Shown here one piece after another: positions 22,512 to 35,398 of a stretch of DNA of 64,000 bases; position 1 is the first letter of the stretch, and each line of letters opens with the position of its first letter. The notes below the pieces were generated by a model. It was not told the DNA's origin. It saw only the letters and a list, made by a program, of their open reading frames with translations, and did not search any database. The DNA is taken from the NCBI GenBank assembly GCA_030390025.1, contig JASTWF010000336.1:62001-126000 (forward strand), given 5' to 3'. Source of the DNA: Squalus acanthias (taxonomy: Eukaryota). Both the position numbers and the translations under genes were made by a program.

Positions 22512-24230
22512 TGTAGAATTCGCAATATATCGCGATTTTGTTAATAAGGAGAAAACACAGAGTTTCGTTCAAACAGCTTTTATTTCAGCAGAATGCTGGC
22601 AGGTTTAAAGTGGACACAAGCAGCTTGTAAAATGGCCGCCGCACCTCGTGACAGAACATTCTAGACTTTTCAACAGGCAGACAAGATGGCGTTCCAATAA
22701 ACATTTGTGCAAGATCGATTAAGATTCAGCACAGTGAAGATAATACACGAGACATTATGGGTTTGCAGTATAAACATAGATACTGAAATCGGTCTCCCAG
22801 GTACAAAGGAAAGCCATTGTACCGAGTAATCAAGGGCCCATCCAAAAGACATTAATATGTAAAATCCCAACGACTCTACGATGAGAGAGCCGTTAGCAGG
22901 TAGTTATACAGGACACTTGGAAGCCCCAAACCCCTCCAGGGAGAACACCGACCGATTTAACAATGGGAGAAATATTAACAGGTACTCAGACATTTACGAG
23001 TAGCCCCGAAACCCATTAAGAACGGAGATCACCCATACAAGACATTTGGGCGCCAAACCCTAAACAAAAGAATGGACATTATAGTTGGGCGGGAAAACGG
23101 AAGATTTTGCACTATAATTGCAGGCTCCAAACCGTCCATTCGCTCTCTTGCTCTTGCTCGCTGGCTCCTGTGCTTTTATCCGGTCGATTCGTAACCTCGT
23201 GGCTGCTCCTGTGTACTCGTAGTGGGGCTCGCTCCTGCTTGCCTGTTGCCTCTTCTGAAAAGACTGTTGCATTTTCTGATCCGTTCGGATCTACCTCATG
23301 TCGCGTAACGAAGACCTATGTTGGTAACTGGCAGCGGAACCGAAGGCCCGAGATGAGATGAGATGAGATGAGATGAGATGAGAAGAGAGGAAGACCATAT
23401 CCATCGCCACGGTCAGTAAATCCCGACCGCGCCTGTAGGTCGATTAGCCAAGTTTTCCTCGCCAGGAAGACTTCTCTTGAACTTGCAACGAAACATATTG
23501 CATCGATGATAATTGGACTGTGCCCAAAGTAACTGGAACGTGAAAACATATCGTAGCGACGATATCGATAACTGTGCTCCAAGAGTACCTGTTAAGCCAA
23601 CCAACACAGGTCTTCATCACAGCAGACGGTCCAGCCTGCTAGCCGGAGCAGCAGAAGCAAGTAAACAAGTGGGACCAGGAGATCTCCTGACCGACACGTG
23701 GGTGCTGCGGTGAAAACATCCGATCAGCTATTCGGAATTTCTCCGAGTTATCACGAGTGGTGAGCATGAGTCTCGAGATCCTACGAATCTAGTTTAGGAT
23801 AGATATTGATAGGGGAGGGTTTAAGGATTAAGGATATTTGTAATGTGTGCCCCTATTTACTTTGTGCCGTTCGTTCCTCGTTTCCCTAAGATCGACTATA
23901 TAACTGTTTGTAAGATTGTACTGTCATTAATCTGTGCTTATGACATGTATTTCATAATTTTAAGTATCATGCAATAAAGATTTTTCCATTTCGTACCATT
24001 CAAACCAAGTCTACATGAGTTTTATCTCCATTACTGCTCTCGCATCTAAGTCCAGTGTCTAGAACCGTAAGGGAGAGTGATTCGAACCACTCACAGGTGT
24101 GTCTAGTGTTCCCAGACTGGCTGGAGACCAGAACAGGCAACAAGGCCTAGACCCGCACTGACATACAGGCTGCACAGAGCCGCGTGAATCTCACAGGCTG
24201 CGAGACACGCAGGGTCAGGAATCCCTTACA
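22512..24230 (+). repeat. 3' LTR, 1719 bp
   Basis: About 4 substitutions versus the 5' LTR seen by eye. Confidence 0.95.
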
Positions 24231-24750
24231 AAGGAAGGTTATACTAGGTTTAGAAGGTGCAACAAATGTTCACCAGATTGATTCCTGGGATGAGAGGGCT
24301 GTCCTATGAGGAGAGATTGAGCATAATGTGCCTATATTCTCTGGAGTTTAGAAGAATGAGAGGTGATCTCATTGAAACATTTCAAATTCTTATTAGTTTG
24401 ACAGAGGTAGATGCTGCGAGGCTGTTTCCCCTGGCAGGAAAGTCTAGAACTAGGGGTCATCGTCTCACGATAAGGCATCGGCCAATTAGGATTGAGATGA
24501 TGAGAAATGTATTCGCTCAGTGGGTTGTGAATCTTTGGAATTCTCTACCCCAGAGGGCTGTGGAAGCTCAGTCGATGAGTGTATTCAAGACTGAGATCGA
24601 TAGAATTTTGGGCACTAAGGGAATTAAGGGATATCGGGAGAGGGTGGGATATTGGAGTTGTGGTTGAAGTTCAGCCATGATCTTAGTGAATGGCGGAGCA
24701 GCTTGAGGGGCTGTGTGACCTATTCCTGCTCCTATTTCTTATTTTCTTTA
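24231..24750 (+). mobile_element. Old CR1 3' part, continuation of 11167-11373
   Basis: ORF 24257-24667 (FTRLIPGMRGLSYEERL...WNSLPQ) plus CR1 3' motif. Confidence 0.85.
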
Positions 24751-24774
24751 TAGCTGACAGTTTCAAGGATGTGA

Positions 24775-25720
24775 ATGTGAGTTTCACTCTGTATCTGACA
24801 GTCTCTGGTATGTGAGTGTGAGTTTCACTCTGTATCTGACAGTCTGTGGTATGTGAGTGTGAGTTTCACTCTGTATCTGACAGTCTCTGGTATGTGAGTG
24901 TGAGTTTCACTCTGTATCTGACAGTCTCTGGTATGTGAGTGTGAGTTTCACTCTATCTGACAGTCTCTGGTATGTGAGTGTGAGCTTTATGCTGTAACTG
25001 TTAATTTTTTTTGTAAGAGTAAGTGTTTTATTCAGTACCTGACAGTTTCTGGGAGGGGAGTGTGGAATTTAGTCTGCATCTGTAAGTCACTTGTTTGTGA
25101 GTAATGGCATTAATCTGTATCTGTATCATTCAGAATCTGGAATGTGAGTGCGGGCTTTACTCTGTACCTGTCAGTCTCTGGGATTTGATTCTGTATCTGT
25201 CAGCTTCTGGTGTGAGAGTGTGGATTTCACTCTAACTTTCTATCTCTTGTATGCGAGTGTGGTACTATCTCTGAAAATGTCAGTTCCTAGTACGTGAGTG
25301 GGGTTTTATGCTGTACCTGTCAGTTTCTGTTATATGAGTAAAGGTTTTAATCAGTCGCTGCCTGTTTCTGGTAGGGGAGTGTGGATTTCAGTCTGTATCT
25401 GCCAGTCTATGCTTGTGAGTGTGGGTTTCACCCTGTACCTGTCACTCTCTGGGATGAGTGCGAGTTTCACTCTGTATCTGTCAGTCTCTTTTAAGTGAGT
25501 GTTGATTTTATCTATAGCTGTCAACCTGGTATGTTAGTGTGGGTTTTACTCTAGCTATCGGTCACTCGGATGTGTGTGTGGATTTTACTCTAGCTCAGTT
25601 TCTAGTATATGGATGTAGAGTTTTGTCTGTACCTGTCAGTTTCTGGTGTGTGTGTGGATTTTACTTTGTACCTGTCTGTCTCTGCTTTGTGAGTGTGGGA
25701 TTGATTCTGTATCTGTTAGA
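24775..25720. repeat. 41-bp tandem repeat (clean 24775-24985, then degenerate)
   Basis: GTTTCACTCTGTATCTGACAGTCTCTGGTATGTGAGTGTGA, period 41. Confidence 0.8.
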
Positions 25721-27285
25721 CTGGTAATGTAGGTGAGTGTGAGAATCATTATGTAATTTACAGTCTCTTGTACTGCACTATTCTTGCTCTGCGTGACTGT
25801 TGGATTCCATTCCTTCTCCACCTTGTGTAGGCCGATGCTAGTTTGAGATTACCTGCGACTGTCTCAGGAGGAGATTTGGTTCATTCCATTACCTCCGATT
25901 CTCTGGTCTTGTCTGTTAGTTGTTGGGTTTGACAGTCCGTGTACAGCCAGCAGTGCGGATTCACACCGTATCAGTGTCTATCTGTTTGTGTGTGTGAGTA
26001 AGGGAGTGAAAATGGATCTGCCTGTCATTGCGAGATATTTGGACTTTGAAACAACATCTTATTCTACTGCTGCAAGTGACTGTGGGATTCATAATGTAAC
26101 TCTGGGAATTCGGATCAATGTGGGACTGACTGCTTCTGCTGCCTGTTATAATAGGATTGAGGCCAGTTCTGTGTCTCTGTGCTCTGTGAGTGATAATGTA
26201 CTTACTGTGTGTGAGAAGGAGCTGCCTGCACTGTTCCTTGTGACTGGGTGTAGGGAAGATCACATTTATCCTGGCTCGTTGAAGTATTTTGCTCTGAGAA
26301 TAATAGGAGAACAATATTAGTTATAAGATATGGACAGGTGCTGGGAGAATATAAAAATAAAGTTATAATGAATGTGTTTGTTTATAATAAAGTAAAGTAT
26401 CTGGAGAGAGGAAACCGCGATACAAACAGTGTCATTGTCTGACCTCACTGCAGTACAGCGGCACTCAGATTCTCCACACCAGGTGTGTAGGACGGTTCTA
26501 TAGTAAGTTATCAGCATCCAGACACAACCCAAACCCAGCACTGGACCATGAATGGGACCACCCGATTGGCACAGTCCAGGTTTCTATTTCCCATTCCCAT
26601 GGGACTACCTGTGAAATTCTGAATTGCTTCCTGGAATAATTCCATAGGTAGCTGGGCTGTACAACAATTATTTTCAATCTATTGAAACCGAGTTGAGGGC
26701 CTGTGTAGTTAACAGAATGTCTGAGCTCGGATCCTGACTAATCTGAGGGAGCAACAATGTATCTCTTGATCAGCAGGAACTCGGCTCTGGAGAACTCAAC
26801 ACACCGAAACGAAAAAACCCATTTTTGAAATGTGTTCTTTCACATTTCTCACCTGGTGCCTGCAATAGATGCACTTTGTGAAACTCCTCACAACCTCACT
26901 GTCAGGCTGTGTTTCCACTGTTCACTGTCCAAGAACAACAGACACGGTGAGATTGGAACTGAATCAGGAACATTCACTACTGATTTGGAGGAAGAAATCA
27001 GCAATGATTTGAAAGAGCGAGGTGATTTACTTTCTCTGTTACCTTACACTGTCCACACACAGCCCGAGAATGGCCTCTCCCTTCCCCCACTCCCTCCATG
27101 TTCCGGAACTAGTTCCTGCTCCACTCTCCCTCTTAAAATCTGCCCCCGACGGCCACTGAACTTACCCCGACTGAATTATGTAATTTACAGTCTCTTGTAA
27201 TGTACTATTCTTGCTCTGTGTGACTGTTGGATAAAATTGAGAGGTCGCACAACACCAGGTTATAGTCCAACAGTTTTATTAGAAA

Positions 27286-27324
27286 TCACAAGCTTTCGGA
27301 GCTTACTACTCCTTCGTCAGGTGA
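27286..27324 (-). ncRNA. Minimal type I hammerhead ribozyme motif
   Basis: Minus strand TCAC-CTGACGA-AGGAG..CTCC-GAAA-GCTT-GTGA. Confidence 0.7.
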
Positions 27325-28651
27325 AGTAAAGAGATACAGAATCGCCAAAGCATATATAGATAGAGAACAATGCATGTGTACCTTACAATTGCAGACAACT
27401 AAATTAAATCATCCTGACTGTTTATCTGCCGAGTTATGATAAAGTTAATCAGGTCAGCCAGGAAGGTACCACATCAAAGACATAGCAAGATACAACTGAG
27501 ACAATGAGGTGGAGTCGCAGGGGGTCTAACGTGTCAAAAGCTGCCGTCTGTATGTAAAACGATAAGCTTTAAAATTTTTACTTTTTTACTGGGAATCACA
27601 TCTGTGAACAAGCCAACGACGACTCGAGTCCGGATCACGTCATGTATCGTGACATAAACCCAAGATCCTGGTTGAGACCGTCTTCATGAGTGCGGAACTT
27701 GGCTATCAGTTTCTGCTCGATGATTTTGCGTTGCGGAGAAACTACGCCATGTTCTTCGCAGCCTTCAACATGTCATCGATGACGACAAACACCTCGCTAA
27801 GGCCATCCCCACGCCTCCACTACTTGCCTTCAAACAGCCGCCTAACCTCAGAAGTACCATCGTTCGCAGCAAATTACCCAGCTTTCAGGATAACAGCGAC
27901 CACGACACCACACAACCCTGCCACGGCAAACTCTGCAAGACATGCCAGATCATCAACACAGATACCACCATCACACGTGAGGACACTACCCACCAGGTAC
28001 ATGGTACATACTCATGTGACTCGGCCAACATTGTCTACCTCATACGTTGCAGGAAAGAATGCACCGCGGCATGGTACATCGGCGAGACCATGCAGACACT
28101 GAGACAACGTATGAACGAGCACCGCGCAACAATCGCCAGGCAGGATTGTTACCTCCCAGTCGGGGAACACTTCAGCAGTCAAGGACATTCAGCCTCGGAT
28201 CTGCGGGTAAGCGTTCTCCAAGGCGACCTTAGGAACACACAACAACGCAAAATCATCGAGCAGAAACTGATAGCCAAGTTCCGCACTCATGAAGACGGTC
28301 TCAACCGGGATCTTGGGTTTATGTCACGATACATGACGTGATCCGGACTCGAGTCGTCGTTGGCTTGTTCACAGATGTGATTCCCAGTAAAAAAGTAAAA
28401 ATTTTAAAGCTTATCGTTTTACATACAGACGGCAGCTTTTGACACGTTAGACCCCCTGCGACTCCACCTCATTGTCTCAGTTGTATCTTGCTATGTCTTT
28501 GATGTGGTACCTTCCTGGCTGACCTGATTGTTTATCTGCCGAGGTGTGATAAAGTTAGTCAGGATGATTTAATTTAGTTGTCTGCAATTGTAAGGTACAC
28601 ATGCATTGTTCTCTATCTATATATGCTTTGGCGATTCTGTATCTCTTTACT

Positions 28652-28690
28652 TCACCCGACGAAGGAGTAGTAAGCTCCGAAAGCTTGTGA
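28652..28690 (+). ncRNA. Hammerhead motif copy with mutated core (CCGACGA)
   Basis: Same sequence as the minus copy except T to C in CTGA. Confidence 0.55.
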
Positions 28691-29616
28691 TTTCTAATAA
28701 AACTGTTGGACTATAACCTGGTGTTGTGCGACCTCTCAATTTTGTCCACCCCAGTCCAACACCGGCATCTCCGCATCATGACTGTTGGATGCCACTCTTT
28801 CTCCAGCTTGTGCAGGCGTATGCTATTTTGAGATTATCTGAGACTGAATCAGGAGGAGGTTTGTTTCAGTCCATTACCTCCGATTCTCTGGTCTTGTCTG
28901 TTAGTTGTTGGGTTTGAGAGTCTGTGTACAGCCAGCAGTGTGGATTGACACCGTATCAGTGTCTATCTGTTCGTGAGTGTGTGTGAGGGAGTGAAAATAG
29001 ATCTGCCTGTCATTGCGATATGAATCGACTTTGAAACAACATCTTATTCTACTGCTGCAAGTGACTGTGAGATTAGTAATGTAAATCTGGGAATTCGGAT
29101 CACTGTGGGACTGACTACTTCAGCTGGCTGTGATAATAGGACTGAGGCCAGTTCTGTGTCTCTGTGCTGTGTGAGTGATAATATACTTACTGTGTGTGAG
29201 AAGGAGCTGCCTGCACTGTTCCTTGTGTTCCGGGTGTAGGAAAGATCACATTTATTCTGGCTCATTGAAGTATTTTGCTAAAGAGAACAATATTAGTTAT
29301 AAGATATGGACAGGTGCTGTAGAATATAAAAATAAAGTTATAATGAATGTGTTTGTTCATAATAAATTAAAGTATCTGGAGAGAGGAAACCGAGATACAA
29401 ACAGTGTCATTGTCTGACCTCACTGCAGTACAGCGGCACTCAGATTCTCCACACCAGGTGTGTAGGACGGTTCTATAGTAAGTTATCAGCATCCAGACAC
29501 AACCCAAACCCAGCACTGGACCATGAATGGGACCACCCAATTGGCACAGTCCAGATTTATATCTCCCATTCTCATGGGACTACCTGTAAAATTCTGCATC
29601 GCTTCCTGGAATATAA

Positions 29617-30592
29617 AATAGAAACATAGAAGATAGGAGCATGAGTAGGCCATTCGGCCCCTCGAGCCTGTTCCGCCATTTAATCAGATCATGGCTGATC
29701 ATCCAAATTCAGTACCCTGTCCCTGCTTTCTCCCCATATCCCTTGATCCCTTTAGCCTTAAGAAATATATCTAACTCCTTCTTGAATATATTTAATGAAT
29801 TGGCCTCAACTGCCTTCTGTGGTAGAGAATTCCACAGGTTCACCACTCTCTGGGTGAAGAAATTCCTCCTCATCTCAGTCCTAAATGGCTTACCCCTTAT
29901 CCTTAGACTGTGATCCCTGGTTCTGGACTCCCCCGCCATCGGGAACATCCTTCCTGCATCTAGTCTGTCTAGTCCTGTTAGAATTTTATAAGTTTCAATG
30001 AGATCCCCTCTCATTCTTCTAAACTCTAGCGAATACAAGCCCAATCGACCCAATCTCTCTTCATACATCATTCCTGCCATCCCAGGTATCAGTCTGGTGA
30101 ATCTTCGCTGCACTCCCTCCATGGCAAGAACATCCTTCCTCAGATAAGGCGACCAAAACTGCACACAATACTCAAGGTGTGGTCTCACCAAGGCCCTGTA
30201 CAACTGCAGCAAGACATTTTTGCTCCTGTACTCGAATCCTCTCGCTATGAAGGCCAACATACCATTTGCCTTCTTAACCGCCTGCTGCACCTGCATGCTT
30301 ACCTTCAGCGACTGGTGCACAAGGACACCCAGGTTTCATTGCACTTCCCCTTTTCCCAATCTATTGCCGTTCAGATAATAATCTGTCTTCCTGTTTTTGA
30401 CATCAAAGTGGATAACCTCGCATTTATCCACATTATACTGCATCTGCCATGCATCTGCCCAATCACCCAACCTGTCCAAATCATACTGGAGTTTCTCCGC
30501 ATCCTCCCCACAGCACACACGCCCACCCAGCTTTGTGTCCTCTGCAAACTTGGAGATATTACATCTAGTTCCCTCGTCTAGATAATTAATAT
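29617..30592 (-). mobile_element. 5'-truncated CR1, same family as 1-820
   Basis: ORFs 30336-30518 and 29709-30320 separated by one stop; CR1 tail. Confidence 0.9.
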
Positions 30593-31202
30593 ATTGTCTA
30601 TCTGTCTATCTCTGGTATGTGAGTGTGGGTTTTCCTCTGTATCTGTCAGTCTGTCAATCTCAGTTACAGTATGTGATTGTGATTCTTTCTCCATCTGTCA
30701 TTCTGTGAGTGATAATATACTTACCGTGTGTGAGAAGGAGCTGTCTGCACTGTTCCTCGTGTTCCGCGTGGAGGAAAGAACACATTTATTTTGGCTCATT
30801 GAAGTACTTTGCTACGAGAACAACAATATGAGAACAATATTAGTTATACGATATGGACAGTTGTGTGTAGAATATAAAGATAAAGTTATAATTAATGTAT
30901 TTGTTTTTAATAAAGTAAAGTATCTGGAGAGAGGAAACCGAGATACAAACAGTGTCATTGTCTGACCTCACTGCAGTACAGCGGCACTCAGATTCTCCAC
31001 ACCAGGTGTGTAGGACGGTTCTATAGTAAGTTATCAGCATCCAGACACAACCCAAACCCAGCACTGGACCATGAATGGGACCACCCGATTGGCACAGTCC
31101 AGATTTATATCTCCCATTCCCATTGCACTACCTATGAAGTTCCGGATGGCTTCCTGGAATATAACCACAGGTACCTGGGCTGCACAAGCAATTGTTTTCA
31201 GT

Positions 31203-31873
31203 CTAAGGACAGAAAACAGCGAGTTGTGGTAAATGGCTGTTTTTCAGACTGGAGGATGGCAGACAGTAGTGTTCCCCAAGGGTCAGTGCTGGGGCCACTG
31301 CATTTTTAATAGATATAAATGACCTGGATATTGGAATACTAAGTAGAATTTCTAAATTTGCAGATGACACCAAACCTGGGGGTGTAGCAGACAGTGAGGA
31401 TGATACCAATCGACTGCAACAGGACATTGAAAGGCTAGCAGAATGGACAGACAAGTGGCAGATGGAATTTAATACAGAGAAGTGTGAGGTGAGGCATTTT
31501 GGATGAAGGAACAGGGAGAGGCAATATCCACTTAATGGCATAGTTTTAAACAGTGTGCAGGGACAGAGGGACCTGGGAGTTACTGTGCATAGGTCCCTGA
31601 AGGTGGCATAACATATTGAGAGAGTGGTTAGCATAGCATATGGGATCTTGGATTTCATAAATAGAGGTATTGAGTACAAAAGTAGAGAAGTTATGCTGAA
31701 TCTTTATAAAGCGCTGGTTAGGCCACAACTGGAGTATTGCGTCCAGTTCTGCTCACCACACTTTAGGAAGGATGTGAAGGCCCTTGAGAGAGTGCAGAGA
31801 AGATTTACCAGAATGGTTCCGGGGATGGGGGATCTTAGTTACAAGGAAACTTTGGAGAAGCTGGATTTGTTTT
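31203..31873 (+). mobile_element. Degenerate CR1 RT fragment
   Basis: VPQGSVLGP, FADD, LYKALVRPQLEY with stops. Confidence 0.8.
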
Positions 31874-32586
31874 CTGATGTATCTGAGGGAGCGACAATGT
31901 ATCTCCCGATCACCAGCAACACGGCTCTGGAGAACTCAACACACCGAAACAAAATAACCCATTTTTGAAATGTGTTCTTTCACATTTCTCACCTGGTGCC
32001 TGCAATAGATGCACTTTGTGAAACTGCTCACAACCTCAGTGTCAGGCTGTGTTTCCACTGTTCACTGTCCAAGAACAACAGACACGGTGAGATTGGAACT
32101 GAATCAGGAACATTCACTACTGATTCGGGGGAAGAAAGCAGCAATGATTTGAAAGAGCGAGGTGATTTACTTTCTCTGTTACCTTACACTGTCCACACAC
32201 AGCCCGAGAATGGCCTCTCCCTTCCCCCACTCACTCCATGTCCCGGAACTAGTTCCTGCTCCACTCTGCCTCTGACACAGCCCCGACTGCCGCTGAACTT
32301 ACCCCGACTCAAAGCCCATCTGCGGACACAGTCCCAGTGCGATGTGCTGCTGTGAGGACGCTGCTGTTTGCTCCCTTACTCGGGCCCGTGATATCTCCGC
32401 TCCCTGATGTGTTCAACCATCATCAGCCGAGCACAGAGGAAACGGCCCCCGCTGGCAGAGCTGGGGGAGGGGAGCTCGCAGGGGCCCTTCCCGTCGGTTC
32501 AAACACTGTGCGGGGAGAGGGGGCGGAGCAGGCAAGTGTTTATCACGCATGCTCAGACCTCTCTTCCGGACACCAATTAAATAAAG

Positions 32587-32657
32587 CAACAACAACAAGA
32601 ACTTGAATTTATATAGCGCCTTTAAGGGAATCAATCGTCCCAATGAGCTTGACAGGA
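32587..32657 (-). mobile_element. L2/SINE-type 3' end, continues at 35415-35470
   Basis: AACAACAAC..ATTTATATAGCGCCTTT..CGTCCCAA..GACAGGA then GCGTTATCAAA after the insertions. Confidence 0.5.
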
Positions 32658-34848
32658 ACGATCAAACGAACGATAATCGAGCGAACGCACGCAGGCGCGC
32701 ACTTAGACAAATGATACGCACGCACGCATTCGTACATACATATTGGAACTTACGCTCGATCGAACGAACGAACGAACGAACGCTTGAATGAACGAACGAA
32801 CAATTGAATGAATGATCGAATGATCGAACGAACAATGCCAGTAGGACTGGCGTAAAACAGGTTTTTTCTTGGTTTATTGGAATAAATGTTATCTGCAGCA
32901 TTTAATTGGATTATGATGGTGCTATGTGTTTGTACACTGGTGTTGAAATGGTTTTTGTTTTATGTGAAGTTAACTTTGAGATTTATTATTTTAAATCTAA
33001 AAAGTTGTGTGGTATTGTTTAAGGGTATTTGTACTGTAAACATTATTGATTATTTGTAAAATTAATCATTGCATTTATATTAACTATAAGGCTGTTTTTA
33101 AGGCTTTATTTTTTTACTGTGATGGAGGAATGTAATGGATTTACTATGTAATGGATTTACTATGTAATTGATGAGTTGTACAGGTATTATTGTATTTGAA
33201 TAAAAATATTTAAACCGTCAAAAAAAAACGGGTTTTATTTCTTGGTTTATTGGAATAAGTGTTATCTGTAGCATTTAATTGGATTATGATGGTGCTATGT
33301 GTTTGTACACTGTGGTGTTGAAATGGTTTTTGTTTTATGTGGAGTTAACTTTGAGATTTATTATTTTAAATCTAAAAAGTTGTGTGGTATTGTTTAAGAG
33401 TATTTGTACTGTAAACATTACATAGAAACATAGAAGATAGGAGCAGGAGTCGGCCATTCGGCCCCTCGAGCCTGCTCCGCCATTCGATGAGATCATGGCT
33501 GATCATCCAAACTCAGTACCCTGTACCTGCCTTCTCCCCATATCCCTTGATACCTTTATCTTTAACAAATATATCTAACTCATTCTTCAATATATTTAAT
33601 GACTTGGCCTCAACTACCTTCTGTGGTAGAGAATTCCACAGGTTCACCACTCTCTGGGTGAAGAAATTCCTCCTCATTTCTGTCCTAAATGGCTTACCCC
33701 CTATCCTTAGATTATGACCCCTGGTTCTGGACTCTCCGACCATCGGGAACATTCTTCCTGCATCTAGTTTATCCAGACCTGTCAGAATTTTATATGTTTC
33801 GATGAGATCCCCTCTCATTCTTCTATACTCCAGCGAGTATAAGCCCAATCGACCCAATCTCTCCTCATATGTCATTCCTGCCATCCCAGGTATCAGCCTT
33901 GTGAATCTTCGCTGAACTCCCTCCATGGCAAGAACATCCTTCCTCAGATAAGGCGACCAAAACTGCACACAATACTCAAGGTGTGGTCTCACCAAGGCCC
34001 TGTACAACTGCAGCAGGACATCCCTGTTCCTATACTCCAACCCTTTCGCTATGAAGGCCAACATACCATTTGCCTTCTTCACCGCCTGCTGCACCTGCAT
34101 GCTTACCTTCAGCGACTGGTGCACAAGGACACCCAGGTCTCGTTGCACTTCCTCTTCTCCCAATCTATTGCCATTCAGATGATAGTCTGCCTTTCTGTTT
34201 TTGACACCAAAGTGGATAACCTCGCATTTATCCACGTTATATTGCATCTGCCACGCTTCTGCCCACTCACCCAACCTGTCCAAATCATCCTGGAGTTTCT
34301 CGGTATCCTCCTCGCAGCACACACTCCCACCCAGCTTTGTGTCATCTGCAAACTTGGAGATATTACATTTAGTTCCCTTATCTAGATCATTAATGTATAT
34401 TGTGAATAGCTGGGGTCCAAGGACCGATCCCTGCGGTACCCCACTAGTCACTGCTTGCCACTCGAAAAAAAGACCCATTAATTCCTACTCTTTGTTTTCT
34501 GTCTGCCAACCAGTTCTCTATCCAAGTCAATACCTTGCCCCCAATCCATGTGCCTTAACTTTACACGCTAATCTCTTATGCGGGACCTTATCGAAAGCCT
34601 TTTGAAAGTCCAAATACACCACATCTACTGGTTCTCCCTTTTCTATTTTCCCAGTTACATCCTCAAAAAATTCCAGTAGATTAGATTAGTCCAGTACATT
34701 ATTGATTATTTGTAAAAAAAATGACAATCGAAATCCATAAAGCTGTTTTTTAAGGCTTTATTGTGATCAAGGAATGAAAAGGTTTACTATGTAATTGATG
34801 AGTTGTATAAGTACTATTGTACTTGAATAAAAAGATTAATGACAAAAA
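32658..34848 (+). mobile_element. Non-autonomous retroelement copy 1 (duplicated AT module, nested CR1)
   Basis: 16-bp TSD AATGAGCTTGACAGGA; (AACG)n head; AATAAA and A tail. Confidence 0.7.
33421..34695 (-). mobile_element. 5'-truncated CR1
   Basis: ORF 33513-34478 with RT motifs; tail; ACATTA repeats at 33415-33420 and 34696-34701. Confidence 0.9.
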
Positions 34849-34864
34849 AATGAGCTTGACAGGA

Positions 34865-35398
34865 ACGATCAAACGAACGATAATCGAGCGAACGCACGCA
34901 GGCGCGCACTTAGACAAATGATACGCACGCACGCATTCATACATACATATCAGAACTTACGCTCGATCGAACGAACGAACGAACGCTTGAATGAACGAAC
35001 AAACAATTGAATGAATGATCGAATGAACAATGCCAGTAAGACTGGCGTAAAACGGGATTTTTTTTCTTGGTTTATTGGAATAAGTGTTATCTGTAGCATT
35101 TAATTGGATTATGATGGTGCTATGTGTTTGTACACTGTGGTGTTAATGGTTTTTGTTTTATGTGGAGTTAACTTTGAGATTTATTATTTTAAATCTAAAA
35201 AGTTGTGTGGTATTGTTTAAGAGTATTTGTACTGTAAACATTATTGATTATTTGTAAAAAAAAATGACATTCGATATCCATAAAGCTGTTTTTTTAAGGC
35301 TTTATTGTGATCAAGGAATGAAAAGGATTGCTATGTAATTGATGAGTTGTATAAGTACTATTTTACTTGAATAAAAAGATTAATGACAACAACAAAAA
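34865..35398 (+). mobile_element. Non-autonomous retroelement copy 2 (~530 bp)
   Basis: Same head and AT module; bounded by the same 16-mer. Confidence 0.75.

Larger units (their letters stand above)
11374..24230 (+). mobile_element. Endogenous retrovirus-like provirus LTR-gag-pol-env-LTR (lokiretrovirus-like)
   Basis: TGTA...TACA ends, AAGG TSD (11370-11373, 24231-24234), PBS, PPT, gag, PR-RT-tether-RH-IN, env. Confidence 0.93.
27233..28778 (+). mobile_element. 5'-truncated Penelope-like element with inverted pLTR
   Basis: GIY-YIG remnant (IVYLIRC...WYIGET...RMNEH); 27233-27733 is the reverse complement of 28243-28744; 12-bp TSD TGACTGTTGGAT (27221-27232, 28779-28790). Confidence 0.9.
25747..32310. 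repeat. Local ~1.4-kb unit in about 3 copies, broken by TE insertions
   Basis: 25747-27175 matches 27175-27232+28791-29610 and 30690-31200+31874-32310. Confidence 0.85.

Noticed and set aside
29182..29195. U1 snRNA 5' end (ATACTTAC)
   Set aside because: No further U1 similarity; better read as a minus-strand splice donor
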